This document shows positions 37,414 to 49,694 of a stretch of DNA of 64,000 nt, piece by piece (the first letter of the stretch is position 1; the number at the start of each line of letters is the position of its first letter). The translations under genes were made by a program, and so were the position numbers. The notes under the pieces are model-generated. The model did not search any database and was not told the origin of the DNA. It was given only the letters and a program-made list of their open reading frames with translations. Source of the DNA: Bilabrum cf. latius (Eukaryota); the NCBI GenBank assembly GCA_965178125.1, contig OZ237736.1, positions 992,001 through 1,056,000 on the forward strand, given 5' to 3'.

Positions 37414-40400
37414 ATCTGCTCTTGGCTTTGCCAGCTCCAATCCCCTCATCACCTGCACTGGCAACTCGAGAGTGACCTAGAGCACCAACACTTTTCACCG
37501 CTCCGCTCCCTGGTACATCCTACGGGAGCACGCGCTCCACGACACTCCGCAGGTGCTACGTTCTGGCCAGCATCACACCGTCCTCCTCGCTTGAGCGCTG
37601 CCCAAGCATCCGCCGGAGCCGGCGGCCGGATGATGGCCCCGGAGACGCAAATCGCACGCTGGCTTGTCTGCCTTCCATCTCCCTAGCGCCATCGCCCGCG
37701 CTCCGAGCCGCCGACCTGTTTACCCACATGGCGGCCTCGGCTATGGTGAGCAGCGACAGCTGCCTCCTCCGGTCCCTGGAACCGGGCGCGCCGGGGTCGA
37801 ACCATTCTGCCGCGCCATCGATGTGCTCATCATCGCTGTCATTCCCGGCTCGGTCCATTTGCTTTGCGGCTGCCTCTGCTCCTGCTTCAGCTCTCTCATC
37901 CGACTCTGGCCCGGCCCCAACCGCGTGGCCGTACCCAGTGCCGAGCTCTGGGTCTTCCACAGGACGATGCAGCGGATCCACAAACCGCGACAAGTCCAAG
38001 TGCTTTGCTTTGCTCCCCCGTGGACCTGCAACACGTGGTCTCAGCCTCCTGGGCATTGTCTCACGCGGGTCTTGGTCTACTTCGTCGTGCGGCAGCGCGC
38101 CTGACACGTCAAGGATCCAATCTCGGGCACGAATTGACCGCACCGATACCTTGAGACTGCCCCGCAGATCGATAGTTGACGGCTCTTTCGAGCTAGCTGC
38201 CGAGCGGTCACCATCCTTGCCGCCCTCGCCCGCCCACTCGTCCTCGGAGTCCCACCCGAGCGACTCGCTGCCCGACGTAGACGTCCCATAGCTATCTGCT
38301 ATGCTCGCGTTCTCATCCATGGGATTCATCAGACTTGCACTGCCGACCTGCTTATTTGCTGCGTTGGATGTAAGCGCTGTAGCACTGCGCTTCTGTTCGC
38401 GAACCTCTGAAGCGCGGCCTGCAGCTTCAGACTGTCGAATCTCTGAGCCGCCATGAGTCGTGGCGCTGCCGACCACGGACGCTGCGCTCGTTCCTTTCGT
38501 GACGCGAGTCTTTTTCGTCGATGAGCTGGCGTGCCTCTCTCGGTTGAAACCAGGACGGCCCAGGCCCTCTCCCCCATTCACCTGCGGCGACAGCACCCGG
38601 GCGCCGTGCGTCGCCGCCAACGAGGCATCGCCGACATCTGCAAATAACTCGCCGCGGGTCTCACCTTGCAAATCGTCACTGTATCCGGGGTTGAGGGCAG
38701 AATAAGACGCTTCTTGGTTTGCTAGAGCGTCCAACGCATCTTCAATCGAGGCGTAATCTTCGGCACTGTCTTCGACACGAGCCGCACCCTCCGTCAGCTA
38801 CACCCCGGCAGTGCCACGCTCCGCAGATCTTGCGGCAGTCGTAAACCCACCTTTGGCTACAGCTCCGTCTGGACTATTTGGTTCCAGTGGTGCCTCCAAA
38901 CTGGTCCGTTGCGTTGCCTGTAGCCCGAGGGCATTCAGCATGTCGTCCTAGCTGGAGCCCTCCTGCGCTGCTGCCCGTTGCGATGCTAGCAACATGTCAG
39001 CTGCGTCAGGCAGGCTGGACGCCCTCCTCTGGATTCTCTACATTCTTTCAATCGCACGCTCCATCATACCCCCGCGGTCCGCAGGAAACAGTACACCCAG
39101 GCTTTGTAGGCCTTCGGGAAGACCGCCTCGAGTCTGTGCTGGACGCTGATCCTTGTCTCGACCCAGCACCGCGCCGGGCCCACCGCCCTCCACGTAGCTG
39201 CCTCCCTGACGGTGCTCCCGCAGTACCAAGGGCTCGTGGCCCTCCACTTGACGGGCCCGCATGCTGGCGTCATGGGCACGGTGCACCAGTCGCATCGCAT
39301 CTGACTGGTACCCCACCCCTGCCGCCGCGTACATGGCAATTGACTTGTCTGCCGGGGCCGCGTCACTGAGGACTCCCAATGCCGACAGGCCCTTGGAAGG
39401 TTTGTCCGGTGCACCGACCGTGGCGCTCCTACGCAGGCGTGCGGGATCTTTGTGCTGCCTCTTGCCGCGGACCTGTGGCGGCCTCCACCCGGGCAGACCT
39501 TGCCGGAGCATGTCTCTTCCATCGCCGTAGGAAGCATGCGGACGATGCTTTGACTTCTTGGCGTGACGGCTGGACTTGCTCGAGACCGTCCATCTGGAGT
39601 CACTGGCAACAGAGGTCGCCCGCGCCCTGCTGTAGATGCCTGCCAGAGCGCTCATGCCGGCTACTTCCGGCGATGGGGCGGCAGTCCCTGGACTGCCCCA
39701 CTAGCTGGTCGCCTTGTCGCTTCCATTTGCGGCTCTGTCGACGTGGCCTGCCCCGGCACCATTCCCAAACGAGAGCCACGCTGCCTCCATGCCGTGCTGC
39801 CCAAGCTGCCCGTAGCTGCCATTCCCTGCCCCCACCATACGGCCATGGTCATCCCGTGTTTCGTCGGATGAGCCGTCGCTCGAACTTCCAGAGCTGGTAA
39901 TGCTTCTATCGATACTTGCCCTTGTCACTGCCGGACTTGCTGCACCCTCATCGTCCGCTTCAGCCAGCCGAGGCAGGGTTGCCACTGCTAGCGGTCCAAC
40001 CCTCGTCTTGGTAGATGCCAGGCGAAGCACTTCCCCTGGCGACTCTCCTGCCGGCTCCCCTGACCGCATGCTTTCATCGAATGCACTGCGCTGCAGCGCT
40101 AGCTTGGGCGGACTCGCTCGTTCATCGTCAGCCATGGCTGGAGTGGACCCCATGCCACCGCTCTCGGCAGCCCCAGAGCTGCGGTCTTCCACTCCCAGAT
40201 CTGCCTGCAGTGCAGCCAGGTCTGAGGGGTTGTATCGCCTGGACAGTGCCCTTCCTCTGGCAAGCATTTCGATGTCCTAGTCATCATCACCGAGGCGTGT
40301 CGCTCCACGTCCTTGCCGCTGACTCTACGTCTGGGTCAGCGAGCTCGTGCCCGCATCTGCAGCCTCGTCACCTGCTCCAAGCTCGTTCTTGTACTGGCCC

Positions 40401-42361
40401 CACCGAAGCTTGCCCCCCCTCTGCTGAGCTTTGTCCCGTGCAATCTCTCGGCCTTCTGAGCCTGGAGGAGATCTGGCACTGGCAGCACTGCTGCTGCTCT
40501 GGGGAGTAGCAGGTGTACCACCGACGGGCACCAGGCCCGCCTATAATCTACCACTCCTGTCTCCCCACTGGCTCGCTGCAATGCCTGCAATGTCCGCAAT
40601 GACAGCCGAGGTGGGCCTGCGACGATGTCTGGGAGCCACGTCGCTGTCTCTTGCCTGTCGTTGCACGCTTCGCTTGCCGCTGCTGTTGGCAGGCTGGACC
40701 GACGCCTGCCCCGTCGGCGTGCTCAAGTCAAAGACGCCCAGTCCCAGCCGCGGGCTTCGACCCCTAGTTGGGGTCTCGCTCGGAGTGCTGTCCCTTCCGT
40801 TGGACAGCTCAATGTCCTCGCTGAACACGAACGACCGCCCCTTTTCCCGTCCTCCACTGCTGCTCAGTGGCCTCGAAAAGGACCCCTGGGACAGCGAGCG
40901 CGACGATGGCACCCGACCTCCCAAGTCCTCGCCGGGCCCGCCCTGCCCGTCCCTCGGCACCTGCATCGTGAGCGCCCTGACGACACCAGGCAGCCGCTGC
41001 AGCCTCTGAGATCGGACCAGCGACTTGTTGCTCCGGTCCACCGCCCCCGTCGCGAATGGGTCCGAGCCGGACAGCCCTGACCCAGGTGCCACCAGTCGCC
41101 TGCCAGAGGGCGCCAGCCCCTCCAGCTCCAGCCCCACCCGCCGTCCTGCCCCTGCCTCCATGTCTCCCCCAAGGCTCTCCTCGTCCGAGTCCGACTGTGC
41201 TACGAGACCAACTGCGGCCCTAAGCGCGTCGATGTCCTTGCTGCTGTTCCTCGGCGGTGAGTCCTCCCCTCCCACAAGGCTCCCCTCGACCGCAGGTGTC
41301 GCTCGACCGCGCCCAGCTACAATCCCTAGGCTTCCCTGTCCCGCTCCCGCTGAGCGTGGCAAAGGGCTACCATGCTTGATTTTCAGCTCGCCCTATGCAG
41401 CAGCACCCCTTGTTGTTCCCTGGGGGATGTGGGTCGCGTCAGCATCGCTAGCCGAGTCGCCCTCGATCACGAACGCATCCTCCGTGCCATTCGAGTCACC
41501 ATCGCTGGCCCGGCGTCTGCTGCCCGACGTGCCGCCAGATCCCATGTTCTTGATACCACCGTTTTTATTGCTGAACGAAGGGGCTCGCGCCAGCATCCCT
41601 TCGCTCTGGTCTAAGGGGCCCAGCCCCAGTGCCGCAAGCACGCCGCCCTTGGTCTGAGTGGCGTCGTCGCCGAGGAACCGCAAGCCTCGAAAGGCAGGTG
41701 AGTCGAAGGCAGCAGAGTCTCCCAGATCTTCGTCTGTTCCCACTCCGCCCATCCCAAAAGCAGTTCCTAGCAAGCCATCGTCTGCATCTACCGCCGCCTG
41801 CTCCTCCTTCGCACCTTGCAGCATGCACCCGATCGCGGTGGACTAGCGGTACCCAGAAAGCCTTTCTGGCACTTCAAATGCGCCAGTGCCGGCTATTTGA
41901 ATCATATATATTGTAACAGTTACTGCAGCATTGAGCTGGGATTCCAGCAGGAACCTTCTTGTGTTCGCAGCCGATCGAGCGAACTCCGAAAGGTCAATCT
42001 CGACAACGCCCAGCTTGAGCCCGCGCCCCACCGCTCTCAAAGCTACTTCGCGCAGTGAAAGACGCAGGTAGAGCGGGAGCAAACGTCTCGTCTCTTTATC
42101 TACCTCCATGCAAGCCTGAAACCTAAACGTATGATTCCATCGAACCATGTCATTGTCCGGTCCATTCGAAGGAGTGACGCCTTCCACAGTAGTTTGCGGC
42201 GGGTGCGGACTAAATTTACCTTTTTGATCACGCGAGAAGCCTTGCTTCCATTTCACAAAGGCAGTCTGCGACACACCGAGCGGGAGGTTGACCGCGTCGT
42301 GCACCGTCGCCTGCACTGCAAACCTTGCCTCCTCTGTTGTCCTTCTGCTAAAGAATTGCAT
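37388..42361 (-). CDS. NT-C2 domain protein (EEIG1/FAM102-like N-terminus) with a long disordered tail, about 1650 aa, many in-frame TAGs
   Basis: N-terminal FVKWK...VRWNHTFRF...LRLSLREV...KLGVVEIDLSEFA...RRFLL. Fragments ending at 41843, 41393, 40541, 40325, 39701, 39038 and 37556 share one frame joined by TAG. TGA at 37388. Confidence 0.78.
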
Positions 42362-42533
42362 CAAAACTATAGATCGCACATCACTCGTCTGCTAAGTTAG
42401 TACATGAAGCAGTTGCAGTGCTGTGCTGCACCAATTGGATCGGGATGTGATGATCCGAATTGATTCGAGGAATTACCTATCACTTGGGCAAACGAACTCC
42501 GATACAAAAAGGAAGTGAACAAGACATTTTAAA

Positions 42534-44242
42534 ATGAAGATATTAGTACTTGGAAGCACTGGTTACGTGGGCCAGCACTTGATTGAAAGCCTGATACACG
42601 ACGGATTACTGGCAGTGGCAGGTGCAAGCCGATCATCAACGCGCAAAGTCTTCCCGGAAGTAGCCTAGGAGTTCATACTAGACCTTGCATTGGATGGAAA
42701 AGACCTTACTTAGCAACTTCAAGCTGTGGTAGAGTGGAATCCAGACGTGGTAGTTAACTGCGCAGCTTGCGCGTCCTTGGGTGTCTGCGAGAAAGATCCC
42801 GATCTAGCCATGAGGGTAAACCGGCCACTTGAGCTTGTGAACGCCCTTGCAAATAAGCAAATGAGCATCAAAAAGGCTGGTCCGCCCGCTGGAAGGCTGC
42901 TGGTCCACTTGTCGACCGACATTGTGTTCGGAGGCACGAAGCCGGGCACCTATACCGAGGATGATCCTGTGTCCCCCGTTAACGCGTACGGCAGGAGCAA
43001 GGCAGCCATGGACTCTGCGTTGCAGATGTCTACTTCTGCGGCGGGTAGCGAATCTGTACCAGACGAGGATGGCATAGTTGGCTCAGATCGCGTGGTCGTG
43101 GGTACAGGCATTCGCTCCATCATCCTGCGACCAACGAATATAATTGGAGAGCCCGCCCCCAGGATAGACCGGCCAAAGTTTTTGCAATGGCTAGCTAACC
43201 GAATCAAGGATCAAGATCCGGAGCCGGTGGTAGGGGCGAGCAGCAGCAGCGGTGGCGATGCGGCCACGTCCCCGAGCAAGTGCTCCCAGGAGCAAACGAA
43301 GTGCTTCGATGACGGTGAGGGGGGCCAAGACGAACGTTTGTGTCGATCGCATATGCGCATGTTGCATTTTCTCGCCCGTCCTCGCTGCGCCACCACATGC
43401 ATAGCTAATGCTGTACAGCCTAGCCGCGATACCCGCTTCACGCGTCACTCTGCGCTCCTCAACGCTCAACGCATGTGCCTGCTCGTCACACACCCGCAGA
43501 ATTCCGGTCCTATGTGTACATTGGGGATGTGGTGGCTCTGATCAAGAGTGTGATACACGATGAGGCCGTCAGAATCTGCCGAGAATCCCGGGAGGCAGAT
43601 AGTGATGATCGTGCCGGTGCCGCAGGTGGCAAAAAGAGTGGTGCAAGCTCGAGCTCGAGCAGCAGCGGCCCCGAGGCGGAGACACCAGCCAGAGGGACAG
43701 CGACGAGCGGAGCGGGCGCTGGTCAAGAGCCCCCGACGGCCCAGGATATCGCTGCTTTGCTGACAGATCCAGTGACAGGGAAGAAGTTCTCTGACATGAA
43801 GAAGTCTTCAGATGCGGCGGCTGCAGGTGCCTCTGGTTCCTCTGCTGGCGGTGATTCCGCTGCCTCGAGCACCGAGAGGGCGGCCAGCAGCAGCACCGAA
43901 TCGACTTTGCCGGGCATATTTGGGGCAAACAAATGGCAGACGGTGAGTGCCTGTGGCCCGACTTGGAGCAATCGCGTGGACGTGGCGCGAGCGGTGCTGA
44001 AGGCAGGGGGGTGGGCGGACCGGTGGCCGGGTATGGACGGGGAGGAGGGCGCGGAAAAAGTCGTGCCCGTGTCGCGGTTGTCTATCGATCTGGGATACAA
44101 GAGCCCGCTGGTGCTAAAGATGGATCCATCGAGGTGCGCTAGCGTCTTGAGGAGGGAGCCGATTGGTGTTGAAGAGGTGTGCCGACGAGTCTTCGGGAGG
44201 CGAGACACTGACACGCCGGCAGGTGCGGGGGAGGCAACGTGA
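42534..44242 (+). CDS. RmlD-like / MAT2B-like NAD(P)-binding extended SDR; intron 43315-43499
   Basis: MKILVLGSTGYVG lies upstream of two TAGs. VVVNCAA, HLSTDIVFGG, YTEDD, PVNAYGRSK, FDD|EFRSYVYIGD. TGA stop. Confidence 0.85.
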
Positions 44243-44327
44243 TGGAGAGTGTGTCTGTCCACCACTGGATTCGGAGCGCCACCACGACCAAGGTCAATTC
44301 AAGACACTTCCAGGTATTTGCCCCAGC

Positions 44328-45989
44328 ATGCCTGATTTGACGAAGCAGCGATAGCCGGTGCTAAATGCGACAAATATGCGTAGCTTGTGGACGCCTCCGA
44401 GCCTTTATCACGATTGGAATGAGGATTATGAGGAACGATCGTCGGCGTGGTGGGAACTCTTTGTGGACCTCTAGCTGGTCGCAGCATGCACGAATATCGC
44501 TGACGGCTTCAAGGAAGATGCCACTGCAGCTGGGCTGGGCAGGTTCTTGCTGCAAATCTTTACGTTTCAGACGGCCTGGTATGGATATGTGGCCCACACT
44601 TCGAGGTTCAAAGATATGTCATTGGCGCATTCAGCCCTTCTGCTATTATACCTTGGCGGTACTTCAAGCATGGTAATATACTCTAGTGGTTTTGGGGCAG
44701 TTGAGCTGCGAGGATACACAATCGGTATGCTTGTACAGCGAGGGGCACTTGCGATCATGTACCTGAACGTGGCATTCCACATCGCTAGGGCGAGATACTT
44801 TGCCTCGTTCGTAGTCCTCCAGCTTGGGATTCAGATTGTTTTCCTCTTGGTTGCATCTGCTGTGCATTTGGAATCAGGAGGTACCGACAACACAACAGGG
44901 TCGCGCGGAGACGGCAGCGGCACAGTGTTGTGGCTATGGGCTGCGGCCGTGATCGCCGAGCGCATGTCTTTCCCGGTTTTGTCGTGCTTCCTTGGCCGTT
45001 CATTGGTTCCAATCAACATTGACCATTTCGCCGACCGGGAGGGCGCCTTCGTGATGGTTGTCCTCGGCGAGTCGGTTCTCTCGGAGGCGATCAGCTACAG
45101 GCAGCTCTCAGACAGTTCCAAGCGGGGCTACGAGTACATCATCGGGGCCATCATCGGCTTCATCATGACGTTCTCACTCGCTCTCATGTACTTTCACGTG
45201 CAGCCAGAGCGCAAGCAGCACGCCTACAGGCTAAGCAGGGCCCGCGGGCTCTCGATGATCCAGACACACATGCTGCTGACCGCCGCCTTGCTGGCTCTAG
45301 GTACGGGTACTAAGCTGGCCATGGCCGCCGTGTCGGGGAACTCGGAAGGGGGAGGAGGAGACAATACCGAGCGCCACAGCGCGTCGCAAATGTCGTACAC
45401 GCAGGTGTGGGTGCTGCACGGGTCCCTTGCTTGCGTGTTGGTGCTGCTCATGGTTGTCAGGCTGCTGCACTACGGGGGCATCGAGCCCAAGTCAACGGAC
45501 TGTGACGGAGTCTGGCGCCTCAAGATGTGGTGGTGGGGCGTTCTGGGGGTGTGGTGGGTGCTTCCACTAGTGGCAGCTGCCTGTCTCGTGGCTGCCGACT
45601 CGGGCGGGGATGGGGTGCCCCCCCTGCAGTCGCTTGGCATATGTTCAGGTCTGACGGTTGCGGTCATGTTGATCGAGACTTCGCTGACGCACTGCCTGCA
45701 GGAGGTGGCCAAAGAGGACATGGGCAGGCGGGTGGCCGCACTGGTTGGCCAAAGTCACGATGGTGGAGTGGGTGGTATCACTCGACAAGGTAGCAAGCAG
45801 GTGCTGCAAGCGGGCAGCAATGATGGTACACCTGGCGGAAAATTGAACGGAGTGTCTCGCCCGACCGTGGGTGAGGGGGACGAGGCAGCAGCACTGATCA
45901 GCCAGCCTACTGGCAGTGAGGCAGCCGTCAGCCTACAGGTCGGAACAGTCGGTGCGGGTTACGGGAGCCTGCAAGGCATTCCGTCTTGA
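44328..45989 (+). CDS. Low-temperature-requirement A (LtrA)-like multi-pass membrane protein
   Basis: WWELFVDL*LVAA and PINIDHFADREGAFVMVVLGESV. Many TM helices. TAGs at 44352 and 44472. TGA stop. Confidence 0.8.
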
Positions 45990-46128
45990 ACATGACGACA
46001 TCAGCCTGAGTGCAATTTTGAGCTTCGAAACCAATATTGACTTCATTGCTACTGCGCCAAAAGTTGACCAAGAGTTCTGGCTGCACCCGCGTGCGGTTGG
46101 CTGTCACAACCATCCAGGCACAAAAGAC

Positions 46129-46669
46129 TCAGACAAAACCTCCAGTTTGAGCAATGGTGGCATCAATCTGATCCCCATCCTCAATCTGCAAAAATGAGAG
46201 GCAGGAGAATGCAGAAAGATAATGAACATAACGCTGCTGTGCCCGCTCTACTTGCAATCGGTGACTGTCAATCGGAGCCCCTTACGCCCTTGCTCTTCAG
46301 CGCCTCATCATCTTCCACCTGCGGGACTAGCATTAGTGGGATGTACTAGGATGTAAACAGTAAGAAAGTTGCGTAGTTCAGGATACGCACGGATTGCTTT
46401 AAAACGACTGACCACCTCTCCCTCCACAGTGAATGCAATCGCACCCTGCTCGACTCCCTATGCCTTGCTGAAAGCTGCCTTTAGCTTTCCGAACGTCATT
46501 GTGGGCTTCACCTGGGAGATCAAAGATTGGACGGGAGGATAACTTCTAGCAGGATCTGCAGGCTAGAACAGGGGTCGGGGGACATTTGACAAAGGTGCTT
46601 TTGCCTCACCTTGAACTGCACGGTGGAGCCGCTTGCTGCCTTCACAGAAATGAGAATTTTCTCGGCCAT
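46129..46669 (-). CDS. SUMO: SUMO-like ubiquitin-family modifier (4 exons)
   Basis: Spliced MAEKILISVK...VQFK|VKPTMTFGKLKAAFSKA*GV...|VEDDEALKSKG|IEDGDQIDATIAQTGGFV then TGA. Diglycine QTGG present. Missed by the ORF track. Confidence 0.85.
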
Positions 46670-46846
46670 TATTTCGCAAATGCCGACAAACAGGTGGCTT
46701 CTGACAGCGTCACTGAGGATGGAAGTAACACCTTCATCCATGCGAGCAGCCCTACAGTGCAATACACTTCCGGTTTAGTAACGTGCTGTATTTGATTTAA
46801 CCTAGATCCACTTGGTCGAACCCTCCCTCTCGCGGCAAAAAGTAGC

Positions 46847-49000
46847 ATGAAACTGTAGTTCGGTTTGCATTCTGTGCTTTTTACTAGTATGGTTCTCGGA
46901 TTGCACGCCAATGATCTAGATCCCCTTGCAGCCGAAGTGTTCGTCGACTTTGCTTCCACGAGTGTAGGCCCCAGCGCGTCACAGTCGTCCATCGGACTAA
47001 ATTTGTACAATGCATACGCCGAGGAGTCGGCTCTGTCGCCTGCATATCAACATAATGTCAGCTGGACCATTGCATCCAGTGCAGGGTCCACCGGACAGCC
47101 TAGTAGCATGCGCGGCCTTTTGCGATATCATCGAGCCGACATGCATGAGGATTCGGCCTCCAACAAAAACGGCTGGGTAGCCAACGCTTCAAGCTTTGAA
47201 TCGTTTGGTTGGAATCGCACAAGGATCTCGGCGGTGCTTGGCGGCTCGTTCTGGGCACAACAGGCGAGGGCAGGCGCGGGACCGGAGATTCTGATGAACA
47301 TCGGCCTGTGGCCAGCTGCGCTGTCAAACAGCACAGATTCGGACGTCTTGAATACAACCACGCCATGCATCGAAGCGTTTGCCAAGTTTTCGGCCTCTTT
47401 GGTGACCATGGTCAACGCAGCCCCGCCCAAGGGCCTGGGCCTCGGAGTGCGATTCTGGGCCGTCGGGAACGAGTGGGACAGCAAGTCATTCTATGCGGCA
47501 GACATGGGAGGCCGAGCCGCCCCTCCGATCCTCGCAGCAGCCAAGGCCATGCGCGCGGCGGAGGGAGGCGAGCACATCCTGGTGGGCGGCCCCGCCTTTG
47601 CTCGGCCCGACCTGTCGCACCAGGTCTCTTCCTTTGTCAACGCGACCATCGGGCAGCTCGATTTCATCGACTACCACAGCTATGCCACGGGTGATAGCGG
47701 CAACGCCGACTCCACTATCTGGGACAACGCGCAGAAATCTGGGGGCGTCACGGAGGGCGTGCAGCACGAGGTGGACCGGGCCAACGAAGGTTCGCTGCGA
47801 ACCGGGGAGCTGGAGGTGCCGGCCGCCGCGGTGGAGGCTTGGCGCGAGGTGGTGAACGCGCTGCATCACCGGTCGGATGCCCAGCCAATAGACGCTGCAG
47901 GCGCCGCTGCCATCCGCCTGAGAGGGCTCGCGAGGGAGCTCGCGCTGCGAGTGAGGAGAAGGCTAGTTCTAGGCGGAGCGAGCAAGCAGCTGCTCGAGCA
48001 TAGGTCGCAAGAGGGGGCATGGCTGTCATCACCACGGGTATTCTGGGCCGCAGCTCTGCGCGGCGATGACGGCGACGAGATCGGAGCAAGTGCTTCCGAG
48101 CGAGCAGTCGACGCCGCTCTCGAGACCACCGCCAATCTCGCCGACTTCCGGCGCTCGCGGAGGAACGCAATGATTCGGAGCCGGAAAGGAAGGTTTGCTG
48201 GTACTCGGCGAAGGTTCTCTGCCTCGGGCACCTGGACACCGCTGATGCTCCACGACGAGATCAACATCTCGTGGGCCCCGCCTGACTCTCGCATGGACGA
48301 CTCCGTGGGTGCCGTGTTCGACGCCCTCAGCGTGACGAGTGCAATCGCGAGCGGCTGCGACTCCATCCTCCGATGGAACGAGGCGGACGGCTGGTATGGC
48401 GCGAACAACGGGGGTCCCAATTTCGAGAGGAGGCCCCCTTCCTTCGCCAGGCAGGCCATGGTGGCAGCGTACGTGCCGGGCTTGCAGAACAGCACCGACG
48501 AGAGCGTGATTGTTCCCTCGGCCTCCTGGCCACAGAACGGCAGGGTCGTGGCTGCCTCGGCCACCCTCCGCGGTAGCCTTGCTGCCGGTGGTCACGGTGC
48601 CGGTGATGGAGCTGGTGCAGCCGGTCCCATCGCCGGGTGCGGCGCGCTGTCAAAGGATTCGCAGGCCTCGATACTGCTCATTAACAGGGGAGGGGCTGAG
48701 GTAGACGTGCAGATTTAGACGAGCTGGGGCGACGGCCAAGGTGCGGCGCCGAGCAGCGACTGCCCCGCCCTATTCGTGCTCGCTTCCCAAGCACCTGCTT
48801 CCTCCGAGGAGTCCGAAGGGCGGATCGGGGCTGCATGGACGGCTGCACCCGGAGCAGTGGTAGCCAAGTGGGGCGACGCTCAGTCGATTTTGGGCAAGAT
48901 GCCGCAGGATGGGATTGCCGTGGCTCTGCTGCCATGGGCGGGGGGCGAGGATGCGGCGAAGCACCTGCTCGGGCCCGACTGGTCCGTGAACGTCCAGTGA
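46847..49000 (+). CDS. Secreted clan GH-A glycoside hydrolase (GH39-like), intronless
   Basis: Signal peptide MKL*FGL..., FWAVGNEWD, VGGPA, LDFIDYHSY, LHDEINISW. TAGs at 46856 and 48716. TGA stop. Confidence 0.75.
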
Positions 49001-49105
49001 AATGCCAGTGAAGGACTTGATTGGACGTGATAGTCACGATTTAGCAAATTTATTTTACAAAAAGTTGTGCAGTTCTGTGCAGTCACCACTAGTATGAACG
49101 GCGTC

Positions 49106-49552
49106 TCATCTTCGCTTCAGCAGCGCGAGTCCGGCCGCTCCAAGCCCTAGGGCCACGATTCCGTGAGACAGCCAAATCGCCGTCTTGAGCTCTTGCTTGA
49201 CAGGTTCATTGCCTCCTGTGGCTTGGTGCGCGGCATACAATCCCTGGTTGGCAGCTACCGCAAGAGCAGCAATTGCAGTGCCAGCCTTTGACATCCCAAC
49301 CGCATCGCTAGCAATTCCTGCAGCCAAAATTCCAGTCGGATACAGCAAAAACCCCATGACATACGTTTTGTACAACGACCTTGTCAACGGAGACGCAACG
49401 CTCCCTGGTAGCAGGAGAGTTTCGGAAGGCGTCACTCCCGAATCGATGGCACCGCTTGCCCACTTCCAGCCATAGTACACAGACCCCGCTGCCATCATCG
49501 TGCCAATTGTATATATTGCTCCGTGCTCCAACGACATGGCAGAACGTTTCAT
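49106..49552 (-). CDS. Small hypothetical membrane protein (about 4 TM)
   Basis: Open 148-aa frame with hydrophobic segments, TGA stop, filling the gap between two genes. Confidence 0.6.
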   Translation of the reverse strand: MKRSAMSLEHGAIYTIGTMMAAGSVYYGWKWASGAIDSGVTPSETLLLPGSVASPLTRSLYKTYVMGFLLYPTGILAAGIASDAVGMSKAGTAIAALAVAANQGLYAAHQATGGNEPVKQELKTAIWLSHGIVALGLGAAGLALLKRR

Positions 49553-49694
49553 CCTATCTTTGTGCGTTCCCGCGTGCAGTGGTGCGCGTCATTTGTAACG
49601 AACACTATCCCACCTCTAGGATGGAAATCCAGAAGGTTCGTGTACACTTGAGCGACTTGAGTTGGGAATCAAGTGCACATTGAACAGTTAAGCA

